Origin: an uncultured Clostridium sp.
GTDB taxonomy: Bacteria; Bacillota; Clostridia; TANB77; CAG-508
DNA length: 64,000 bases
NCBI GenBank assembly: GCA_946639585.1
Contig: CAMPBS010000003.1
Location: forward strand, 25,595-89,594
Direction of reading: 5' to 3'
How positions within the stretch are numbered: the stretch's first letter is position 1; each line of letters opens with the position of its first letter. Under the pieces are notes generated by a model, which ran no database searches, had not been told where the DNA came from, and worked only from the letters and a program-made list of their open reading frames with translations. A program made the translations under genes and the position numbers. Of the stretch, positions 1-8,317 are shown piece after piece.

Positions 1-1
1 T

Positions 2-1507
2 GCGGGTAAAGATGCTGTTGCTATAGACACACAAACAATACTTCTAGATTTATATTCATCAGGAAATACCCAACCTTCTGCTGAAGATATTGCAGATAAA
101 TTTTTATCTCATCAATATAATTCAGATTATGCTACAATAACAACTAAAAAAGAAATGACGGAAGATAGTGTAGGGACTATTAACATTGTTTCTAATGAGG
201 ATAAAACGTATGCAATAATAGGAACTGTAAGCAAAACAGGAAAAATAGACTGGAAAGAAGAATTTGGAACCTATAATACTGAAGAAACTGAATTAGCAGA
301 AAATGTAGATAAAGCTGAAAATACTGATAAAGTTGATTTAAAGAAAAGAATTGCAGACTATTTACAATCAATAAAACCTATGATTGATGAAAAAGACATT
401 ACTAAGGTGTCTAGTTCAGATTCAAGTGGATTTTCATTAGAAATATCAAATGAAAAATTAATTCAGATTATAGGCATTATATTAGATAAAATGTCTTATG
501 AGGATAAATTGATTAGTGATGATGCATTATCTTATTATAAACTAAGCTTTTCTAACATTATTCCAGAAGACGGGAAAGTTATTGTAACAATATATCAAAA
601 CGACGAAAAAACTAATAGAATATGTATAGAAGTAAGTGATCATTTTAAAATGGATGTTAAAAAGCTTGTGCAAAACGATGAATTGAGTTATGATATCAGC
701 TTAACTCTAAGCCAAACAAATAACAATATTCTTGCAAAAGCTGTTGTCGGATTTACTGGATTAGATTCACTTGAAACAGTAAATGAAAACTACAATATTG
801 GAATAGATATGAATGGATATAGTTACACATATAATATCGAAAATGAAGTAAACTTTACAGATGTTGAAATAAAAGACTTTGCTGATAAAGAGTTTACTGA
901 TATAAATAAATTATCTCAAGCAAACCAAGCAAAACTACTTCAAGCAATTATGGATAGATTTAATAAAATTAACAATGAGTTAATGAAAAAAGCTAAAATA
1001 AATCCTGATAATTTCTGGAATAATCTTATTCCTAAATATTATGCACCAAAAAGAGATGCAGATGAATTTGATTATTCATTAGATTTAGAAGATGAAGATA
1101 AAGATGAAGAAAATGAAGAAGATGATGAAGATGAAGCATCACAAACTGGTGATACGATAGATTCAACAAAGAAAACAGCTACAGACAGCAATTCAACAAG
1201 CACAGATAACGATTCAGATGAAAATTTAGCAAAATCTTTCTCAGAAACTGAAAAAAATGTATTTAATTCAAAATATGAAAAATATAAAGGGGACGAAGTT
1301 GAAGGAAGTAAGGTAAAACAACTAATAATGAGCATTATTGCAAATAACATGGCAGACGAAGAAAGACAAATAAAAGTTACAGGAGATGTAACTCTTACAG
1401 GAAACGAAGTTCCAGAAAGCGTAGAAACTTCAAAAACATATTCAGTAGAATTTAAAAAATCAAAAGATGGATATGTAAACGAAGCAGTAATTAAAGTAAA
1501 TGAATAG
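2..1507 (+). CDS. hypothetical acidic protein, 5' end outside window
   Basis: The frame is open from position 2 to the stop at 1507, so the listed Met at 155 is internal. Contains the acidic low-complexity tract DLEDEDKDEENEEDDEDE. A hairpin terminator follows. Confidence 0.5.
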   Translation, partial: AGKDAVAIDTQTILLDLYSSGNTQPSAEDIADKFLSHQYNSDYATITTKKEMTEDSVGTINIVSNEDKTYAIIGTVSKTGKIDWKEEFGTYNTEETELAENVDKAENTDKVDLKKRIADYLQSIKPMIDEKDITKVSSSDSSGFSLEISNEKLIQIIGIILDKMSYEDKLISDDALSYYKLSFSNIIPEDGKVIVTIYQNDEKTNRICIEVSDHFKMDVKKLVQNDELSYDISLTLSQTNNNILAKAVVGFTGLDSLETVNENYNIGIDMNGYSYTYNIENEVNFTDVEIKDFADKEFTDINKLSQANQAKLLQAIMDRFNKINNELMKKAKINPDNFWNNLIPKYYAPKRDADEFDYSLDLEDEDKDEENEEDDEDEASQTGDTIDSTKKTATDSNSTSTDNDSDENLAKSFSETEKNVFNSKYEKYKGDEVEGSKVKQLIMSIIANNMADEERQIKVTGDVTLTGNEVPESVETSKTYSVEFKKSKDGYVNEAVIKVNE

Positions 1508-1521
1508 TTATAAAAAATAAT

Positions 1522-1552
1522 AAAAAGCATATAGTATATATATGCTTTTTTA
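1522..1552 (+). terminator. intrinsic terminator hairpin
   Basis: AAAAGCATATA..TATATGCTTTT stem followed by a T run, directly after the stop at 1507. Confidence 0.6.
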
Positions 1553-1603
1553 TTGCTTAAAAAACAATTAATTCAAATATAATTTAATGAAAGAGATGAA
1601 AAT

Positions 1604-2449
1604 ATGGATTATATTTTAAATGCCTTGCCAAGGCAAATAGCTAATGAAATTATACAAATATTTAGTCAATGTTCAAACTTAATAAATTCATTGCAAGAAA
1701 TAAGGTTAAGAGTTGCTAAACCTATCATTTTAAAACAAAGAAATAGAGATATAGTATTACAACATATTGTAACAGGTGAGGAAATTTTACATATATTAGA
1801 AAGGTTTTGTGAAAATTCAATCTATGCTTACAAAAACCAAATATGTGAAGGATTTTTAACAATAAGAGGTGGACATAGAATTGGAATTACAGGTTCATGT
1901 GTAATTGAAAATGGAAAAATAATAAATATTAAATACATATCAAGTTTAAACATAAGAATAGCTAGGCAAGTTATAGGTTGTAGCAATTCAATAATAAACG
2001 AAATAATTGATATAAAAAATCAAACAATATTAAACACACTTTTAGTTTCTCCGCCAGGTAAAGGAAAGACAACAATGCTTAGAGACTTGGTTAGACAAAT
2101 TAGTAATGGAATAAATAGTAAAGGATTTAAGGGAAAAACGGTAGGACTAATAGATGAAAGAGGCGAAATCGCGGCATGTTACAGGGGAATTCCACAAAAT
2201 GATGTTGGAATAAGAACAGATGTAATAGAAAATGTAAGCAAAGAAAAAGGAGTGGAAATATTGCTTCGTTCTATGGCTCCAGAGATAATTGCATGTGACG
2301 AAATAGGTACATTGCAAGACATACAGACGATACAAAAAATGTTGATATCCGGCGTAAAAGGACTATTTACAATGCATGGAAGCAGCATAGAAGATGTAGA
2401 AAAAAATTCTGAAATAAACAAGATGGTAGAAAAAATTATAGTGCTCTGA
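1604..2449 (+). CDS. spoIIIAA: stage III sporulation protein AA (ATPase)
   Basis: Walker A SPPGKGKTT. First gene of a colinear AA-AB-AC-AD-AE-AF-AG-AH series. Confidence 0.85.
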   Translation: MDYILNALPRQIANEIIQIFSQCSNLINSLQEIRLRVAKPIILKQRNRDIVLQHIVTGEEILHILERFCENSIYAYKNQICEGFLTIRGGHRIGITGSCVIENGKIINIKYISSLNIRIARQVIGCSNSIINEIIDIKNQTILNTLLVSPPGKGKTTMLRDLVRQISNGINSKGFKGKTVGLIDERGEIAACYRGIPQNDVGIRTDVIENVSKEKGVEILLRSMAPEIIACDEIGTLQDIQTIQKMLISGVKGLFTMHGSSIEDVEKNSEINKMVEKIIVL

Positions 2450-2545
2450 ACCTTGCTTTTTGGCGTTTTTGTGGACACTCCCTAAAAACCAGGTTTTGTT
2501 ATCTAAACCTTGCTTTTAGGGAGTGTCCCAAAAAGTTTGCCCTAA
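2449..2545. mobile_element. MITE-like foldback element of the GGGAGTGTCCC family, between spoIIIAA and spoIIIAB
   Basis: Imperfect inverted arms GGCGTTTTTGTGGACACTCCCTAAAA (2462-2487) and TTTTAGGGAGTGTCCCAAAAAGTTTGCC (2514-2542). Direct repeat AACCTTGCTTTT at 2449-2460 and about 2506-2517. The motif recurs elsewhere in the window. Confidence 0.5.
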
Positions 2546-2629
2546 AGTATTCCAAAAGATATTAATAAATTAGTTCTAAATTAAATTTTAGCTAATATAA
2601 TATACTAACATTTTTTTAAGGAGTGGAAA

Positions 2630-3139
2630 ATGCAAATTGCCAAATTATTTATACTATTTATAATTTTTGTGCTGTCTAATTTGATTGGAAAGATGGTTGC
2701 TGGAAAGTTTAGGTATAGGCTAGAAGAGCTTCAAGAAATGAAAAATGCTCTGTCTATTTTTAAAACCAAAATAAAGTTTACATATGAGCCAATACCAGAG
2801 ATTTTTGGAGAGATTTCTTCTAATTTACATACTAATATTTCGAAGATTTTTAAAAATGCAAATGAAGGAATGGTGACGCAAAGTGCAGGACAAGCGTGGG
2901 AAGAGGCGGTAAGAACATCTCAAAACTATATGAACAAAGAAGACAAAAATATAATGCAAATGATGGGGAAAATGCTTGGCCAGTCAGATGTAGATGGCCA
3001 GATTAGCCAGATAGAAGTAACAGAGGAATTCTTAAATAAGCAAATTGAAGAAGCTGAAAAAGAAAAGACAAAAAATGAAAAACTATACCAAAAACTTGGA
3101 ACAATCCTTGGCTTAACATTAGTAACCATACTTATATAA
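2630..3139 (+). CDS. spoIIIAB: stage III sporulation protein AB
   Basis: 169 aa with an N-terminal TM helix. Position and size fit the spoIIIA operon order. Confidence 0.75.
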   Translation: MQIAKLFILFIIFVLSNLIGKMVAGKFRYRLEELQEMKNALSIFKTKIKFTYEPIPEIFGEISSNLHTNISKIFKNANEGMVTQSAGQAWEEAVRTSQNYMNKEDKNIMQMMGKMLGQSDVDGQISQIEVTEEFLNKQIEEAEKEKTKNEKLYQKLGTILGLTLVTILI

Positions 3140-3177
3140 GCATATTTGCATATAAAAACGAAAGGAAATTACATATT

Positions 3178-3372
3178 ATGAACATAGATTTATTATTCAA
3201 AATTGCTGCAATTGGAATACTAGTTGCGGTATTACATCAAGTACTAGTAAGAGCTGGAAGAGAAGACCAAGCAATGATGACTACACTTGCAGGGCTTGTA
3301 ATTGTTCTAACAATGGTAATTAAAGAAATTAGCACACTATTTGATACTGTAAGAAATCTTTTTAATTTATAG
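3178..3372 (+). CDS. spoIIIAC: stage III sporulation protein AC
   Basis: 64-aa two-helix membrane protein in the expected operon position, with an RBS upstream. Confidence 0.8.
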   Translation: MNIDLLFKIAAIGILVAVLHQVLVRAGREDQAMMTTLAGLVIVLTMVIKEISTLFDTVRNLFNL

Positions 3373-3381
3373 GGTGGAAAA

Positions 3382-3768
3382 ATGGAAATTATTAAAATAG
3401 TTGGAATAGGTCTAATTTCTTTAGTAATTATAATGTTGTTAAAACAATACAAACCAGAATTTGCAATATATGCAAGTATTCTTGCAGGAATTATAATTCT
3501 AGCTTTAGTAATGGACAAGCTAACAGGAATAATAAATTTAATAAACTCAATTGCGAGCAAGGCATCTGTCAATACAAAATTCATAGCGCTGCTTATGAAA
3601 ATAACCGGAATAGCATTTCTATCAGAATTTGCTGTAAGTATATGCAAAGACTCTGGCGAAAGCGCCATTGCTAGTAAGATAGAGCTTGGAAGCAAAATAG
3701 TTATTATATCAATGTCAATTCCAATAATAACTAGTTTACTAGAGCTAATAATAAAAATACTTCCATAA
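3382..3768 (+). CDS. spoIIIAD: stage III sporulation protein AD
   Basis: 128-aa polytopic membrane protein directly after spoIIIAC. Confidence 0.8.
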   Translation: MEIIKIVGIGLISLVIIMLLKQYKPEFAIYASILAGIIILALVMDKLTGIINLINSIASKASVNTKFIALLMKITGIAFLSEFAVSICKDSGESAIASKIELGSKIVIISMSIPIITSLLELIIKILP

Positions 3769-3781
3769 AAGGATAAAACAA

Positions 3782-4932
3782 ATGAAAAGACGAATTCTAT
3801 TTATATTTTTGATTTTGATACTAGTAACCCGGAACATCAGTATTTGCAACAACTGAAGACACAATTGAAGAACAGAAAAACACATTTGAAATAAAACAAT
3901 TTATAGAAAATGCAGATGAATATGTTGATGGCGAAATTTTAAAAGAAAGTGATTTAAATGATTTATTGAACTGTGCTATAAAAGGACAAGTTGATAATAA
4001 AAAAGTGCTAAGCAAATTTTATGGACTATTTGGCAAAGAATTTAAAAACACATTAGCCACGCTTTCAAGTATTTTAGTAATAGTGGTAATACATAGCATT
4101 TTAAAATCAATAAGTGAAAGTCTAGAAAATGACAATATATCAAGACTCATTTTTTATGTGCAATATATTTTAATTGTAACAATTGTGATGAGCAATTTTT
4201 CACAAATAATTACAATGATAAAAACATCGACCACAAACATGGTTGGTTTTATAAATATTTTAATACCGCTATTAACAACACTTATGGTATTTACAGGAAA
4301 TCTAACGACAACAAGTATGTTGCAGCCAGTAATAATGTTTAGCGTAAATTTTATTGGAAACATGATACATTCAGTAATTTTACCAGTGGTTTTAGTTGCA
4401 TCAAGCTTGAGCATTGTTTCTAAAATATCTGATAGAGTTCAAATAGACAGATTATCTAAAATGTTTAAGTCAGGCATTATATGGTTTTTAGGTATTACTT
4501 TAACAGCTTTTGTTGCAGTGGTTTCGTTAGAAGGTTCATTATCTAGCAGTGTTGATGGAATATCAGCAAAAACAACTAAAGCTGTTGTGAGTTCAGCTAT
4601 TCCAATTGTTGGCAAAATATTAGGTGATGCAGTTGATTCGGTTTTAGGCTGTGGGATCATTCTAAAAAATGCAGTTGGAATTGTTGGAGTTATAGTCGTT
4701 TTAGGTATTTGCATAGGACCAATTTTAAAGCTGGTGTTAGCGATGATTACATATAAAATACTTGCTCGGCGTCTGTCAGCCGATTGCAGATGAAAAAATT
4801 TTGAAATTGTTTGATGAATTGTCAGATATTTTCAAAATACTTTTGGCAATTCTTGCTTCTGTTGCAGTTCTTCTGATAATTGGCGTAACGCTTGTTATAA
4901 AGATATCAAATAGTGGCATGATGTATCGATGA
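3782..4932 (+). pseudogene. spoIIIAE: stage III sporulation protein AE, reading frame broken twice (+1 needed at 3830 and 4767)
   Basis: ATG at 3782 gives signal peptide MKRRILFIFLILILVT, then in-frame CGG at 3830-3832. The +1 frame (GGA at 3831) continues GTSVFATTEDT.. and joins the listed ORF 3966-4793. A second in-frame CGG lies at 4767-4769. The +1 frame (GGC at 4768) gives GVCQPIADEKILKLFDEL..SNSGMMYR and a stop at 4930-4932, which is the expected SpoIIIAE C-terminus. Confidence 0.8.
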
Positions 4933-5006
4933 TTTGTCGGTCCCCACAGCGTTCGCAAAAAATAATATATCTTAGCCGTAGAAATTAGAATAGAAAGAGG
5001 CTTAAA

Positions 5007-5633
5007 ATGATAAATTCTCTAACAACTTGGTCAAAAGCAATTGTAATGTCAATAATTGTAGTTTCGATTTTGGAAATGCTTTTGCCAAATAATAAAACAA
5101 AGAAATATGTGAAAATGGTAATGGGACTTTTTATTTTATACAATATAATTTCGCCTTTTATAAAAGACAAAAATGTTTTGAAATTTGAGGAGGAAGAGCT
5201 CCAATCCTTTTCTTCCAATTCGACTCAAAAGATAGAGGTAAATCAAGAATCTATGGATAGAAGACTTGAAGAATTGTATATTCAGCAAATTGAAAAAGAT
5301 ATTACTAAAAAACTTGAAAAAAAGGGATATCTTGTTAAATCATGCAAAGTTCAGGCTAAGATTTCGAAAGATGAAGAAAACACAGGAATTACAAAGATTA
5401 AACTTAAAATTGAAAAAGGAGAAATAAAGGAAAAAGAAGAAGAAAAACAAGATGAAGAAATTGAGGACAAGCTGATTTCGACCATTCAAAGTATTAAAAA
5501 AGTTGACACAAGAATTCCAAAAACTGAAAAGGTCTTAGGAGATGCACTGCTTGAAAAGGTTGATATTCAAAACATAAAACAATTTTTAATAAAGGAATAT
5601 GAGGTGAATGAAAGATGCTTAGAGATAAATTGA
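5007..5633 (+). CDS. spoIIIAF: stage III sporulation protein AF
   Basis: N-terminal two-TM segment (..SILEMLLPNNKTKKYVKMVMGLF..) typical of SpoIIIAF, in the expected operon position. Confidence 0.7.
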   Translation: MINSLTTWSKAIVMSIIVVSILEMLLPNNKTKKYVKMVMGLFILYNIISPFIKDKNVLKFEEEELQSFSSNSTQKIEVNQESMDRRLEELYIQQIEKDITKKLEKKGYLVKSCKVQAKISKDEENTGITKIKLKIEKGEIKEKEEEKQDEEIEDKLISTIQSIKKVDTRIPKTEKVLGDALLEKVDIQNIKQFLIKEYEVNERCLEIN

Positions 5634-6220
5634 ATTTTTTAAAGCCAAGGGAAGACGGAAATGACAAAAAGAAAATTGAAAATCTAGTTTTTTTCATAAT
5701 TATTTTGATTATTACAATTATTGCAATCAATACAATTTGGAGTGATAACACTACAAAAAATAAATCAAAAGAAAATATAAATGATAATTCCAAACAATTA
5801 GCTTCGTCAACAATAGAAACAAGCAGTGATTTGGGCCTGGAGCCAAAACTGAAAAATATTTTAGAAACTATTCAAGGTGTTGGTAAAGTTAATGTTTTTA
5901 TAAATTATTCCGAAAGTAGTGAAACTGTTGCAATGTTTAATGAAAATTCAAAAACAAGCACAACAGAAGAAACAGACACTTCAGGCGGCAAGCGTATTAT
6001 AGAACAAAAAGATACTCAAAAAGATGTGGTTTACCAGGATAGTAATGGTGATAAAATTCCTATTACTCAGAAAACAATTCAGCCTAAAATTGAAGGTGCA
6101 ATAATTACTGCAGAAGGTGCTGGAAATGCAACAGTTAAGGCTAGTATTATTCAGGCAGTTGAGGCGGCGACAGGGTTGGCAACTCATAAAATCCAAGTAT
6201 TTCAATTTGCAAATAAATAA
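5615..6220 (+). CDS. spoIIIAG: stage III sporulation protein AG
   Basis: N-terminal TM helix and C-terminal ..IEGAIITAEGAGNATVKASIIQAVEAATGLATHKIQVF, which resembles the SpoIIIAG ring domain. Overlaps the spoIIIAF end. Confidence 0.75.
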   Translation: MLRDKLNFLKPREDGNDKKKIENLVFFIIILIITIIAINTIWSDNTTKNKSKENINDNSKQLASSTIETSSDLGLEPKLKNILETIQGVGKVNVFINYSESSETVAMFNENSKTSTTEETDTSGGKRIIEQKDTQKDVVYQDSNGDKIPITQKTIQPKIEGAIITAEGAGNATVKASIIQAVEAATGLATHKIQVFQFANK

Positions 6221-6268
6221 GCAAAATATAATTATTTTTAAATAATTGAATTTAAAGGAGTGTTGTTT

Positions 6269-6991
6269 ATGAATTTTAGAAATGTTTTTAAAAAGAATCA
6301 GATGATTGTGTATGCAATGGCTTTTATGCTAGTTGTTGCAGGGTATTTTAATTATACTGCAAATGTTGGAGAAAATGAGGTTGAAACTTCTGTACAGGAG
6401 ATTTCAAATTCCGATATTGGAGAAGCTGCAACAGAGACAAATACAGCCTCTAAAGAAGATAAAAATAACGAACCAATCAATAAAAATGATAACAAAACAG
6501 CATTGGTTCCAAATGAAGAAAGTGTAAAAGCAAATTCGGAAAATAGTAAAAATGAAACAAATGGCTCTGATTCAGCAACATTAAATAAGGATAAAGTGGC
6601 AGAAATTGGTGATGCAACTCTTGTAAATAGTAGTGATGTTGTAGTCGATGACTATTTTGCAAAGTCTAAAATTGAAAGAGATGCAATGTATTCTCAAATG
6701 CTAGAAACATACCAAACTATATTAAATAGTCACAATTCAGCTGAAGCACAAAAAGAGAGGGCAAGTGTAGAAATGGCTAAAATAAATGAAACAAAAAATA
6801 GTATAATGATTTGCGAAAACTTATTGGAAACAAAAGGATTTAAAAATTGCATTATATTTGTTAATGCAGAAAACGTAAGTGTTGTTGTAGGTAGTAAAGA
6901 TTTGAAACCTGACCAAACCGCACAAATTCAGAATATAATTACAAGAGAACTAGGAGCTATAATAGAAAACATCCACATTTCGACCAAGTGA
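6269..6991 (+). CDS. spoIIIAH: stage III sporulation protein AH
   Basis: Last gene of the operon. TM anchor, low-complexity linker, then a C-terminal YscJ/FliF-like region. ATG 6269 is preferred over the listed TTG 6260 because AGGAG lies 8 nt upstream. Confidence 0.65.
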   Translation: MNFRNVFKKNQMIVYAMAFMLVVAGYFNYTANVGENEVETSVQEISNSDIGEAATETNTASKEDKNNEPINKNDNKTALVPNEESVKANSENSKNETNGSDSATLNKDKVAEIGDATLVNSSDVVVDDYFAKSKIERDAMYSQMLETYQTILNSHNSAEAQKERASVEMAKINETKNSIMICENLLETKGFKNCIIFVNAENVSVVVGSKDLKPDQTAQIQNIITRELGAIIENIHISTK

Positions 6992-7006
6992 AATTAACTT
7001 TCGGTT

Positions 7007-7046
7007 GGCTTTTTAGGGAGTTTTTTGGGGACACTCCCAAAAAAAC
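7007..7046. repeat. GGGAGTGTCCC-family hairpin copy after spoIIIAH
   Basis: GGCTTTTTAGGGAGTTTTTTGGGGACACTCCCAAAAAAAC, with GGGAGT/ACTCCC forming the stem. Confidence 0.5.
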
Positions 7047-7138
7047 AGTTAATTACAAGTTATAAATTTTTTTATTTTTTATGTTGTAATTTTTTTTATT
7101 ATTGATATAATAAAGAAAAAACTTAGGAGGAACAAAAA

Positions 7139-8275
7139 ATGATTAAGAAAGTAGCAATTATTACAAATGGAGGAGATGCACCAGGTTTGAATGCTGTAAT
7201 TAGAGCAATTGTTAAAACAGCCGAAACTAATGGAATTGAATGTTATGGTTATATTGAAGGGTATAGAGGACTTTTAGAAAATAACTATGTAAAATTAGAT
7301 TCAAATACAAATGCATCAGGTTTATTACATAGAGGTGGAACAATTATTGGAACATCTAATAGTACAAATGTATTTAATTTAAAATGTGAAGAAAATGGCG
7401 AGATAGTATATAAAGATATGTCTCAAAAATGTATAGATAATATAAAAGAAGCAGGATTTGACTGCATTTTCACACTTGGTGGAGATGGTACACAAAAATC
7501 TGGTAGAGATTTTTCACAAAGAGGAGTAAATGTTATTGGAGTTCCAAAAACAATTGATAATGATGTTGCACACACAGATGTAACTTTTGGATATAATACA
7601 GCTGTATCAGTTGCAATGGAAGCGTTAGATAGACTTCATACAACAGCAGAATCACACCACAGAGTAATGGTACTTGAAGTTATGGGAAGATATGCTGGAT
7701 GGATTGCACTAGAATCAGCAATAGCTGGTGGAGCCGATGTTGCACTTATTCCAGAAATCCCTTATGATATAAATAAAGTTGCAGAAAAAATAAATGCAAG
7801 AAAAGCAGCTGGTAAACAATTTAGCATTGTTGTTGTGTCAGAAGGAGCAAAACCAAAAGATGGAGATATTGTTATAAAGAAACAATTAGACGATGGAAAA
7901 GGATTAGACAATATTCGTCTTGGCGGAATTGGAGACCAAGTAGCAGAAGACTTAGAAAAACTAACAGGATTAGTTTCAAGATGTACAGTTTTAGGGTATG
8001 TTCAAAGAGGTGGAACACCATCTGCATTTGATAGAGTTCTTTCTACAAAATATGGAGTAAAAGCAATGGAACTTGCAATGGACGGCAAATTCAATGTTTT
8101 AGTAACATATAAAAATGGAAAGATGGATTATGCATCTTTAGAAGATGTTGTAGGTAAAAATAAAGAAATTGGTGCAGCATCTGGAAATACTAAAAACAGC
8201 AATATTAGAAAAATCCAAATGGACGACCCATTAATTACTACTGCTAGACATATTGGAATTAATTTAGGTGACTAA
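7139..8275 (+). CDS. pfkA: 6-phosphofructokinase (PfkA family)
   Basis: Motifs GGDAPGLNAVIRA, LGGDGT, PKTIDND and MGRYAGW. Confidence 0.85.
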   Translation: MIKKVAIITNGGDAPGLNAVIRAIVKTAETNGIECYGYIEGYRGLLENNYVKLDSNTNASGLLHRGGTIIGTSNSTNVFNLKCEENGEIVYKDMSQKCIDNIKEAGFDCIFTLGGDGTQKSGRDFSQRGVNVIGVPKTIDNDVAHTDVTFGYNTAVSVAMEALDRLHTTAESHHRVMVLEVMGRYAGWIALESAIAGGADVALIPEIPYDINKVAEKINARKAAGKQFSIVVVSEGAKPKDGDIVIKKQLDDGKGLDNIRLGGIGDQVAEDLEKLTGLVSRCTVLGYVQRGGTPSAFDRVLSTKYGVKAMELAMDGKFNVLVTYKNGKMDYASLEDVVGKNKEIGAASGNTKNSNIRKIQMDDPLITTARHIGINLGD

Positions 8276-8288
8276 GTTGGATAAAAAT

Positions 8289-8309
8289 AAAAACGGCTTA
8301 GCCGTTTTT
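8289..8309. terminator. bidirectional intrinsic terminator between convergent pfkA and mgtA
   Basis: AAAAACGGC-TTA-GCCGTTTTT. Confidence 0.65.
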
Positions 8310-8317
8310 ATTTTTAT

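Noticed and set aside
1072-1530. Long antisense ORFs in the track, for example 1072-1530c, 3237-3695c, 19079-19486c, 19755-20342c, 20475-20936c, 27264-27968c and 32342-32713c.
   Set aside because: Each lies entirely opposite a confidently identified gene and has no RBS. Their low-complexity or hydrophobic translations are typical of shadow frames in A/T-rich, purine-skewed coding DNA.
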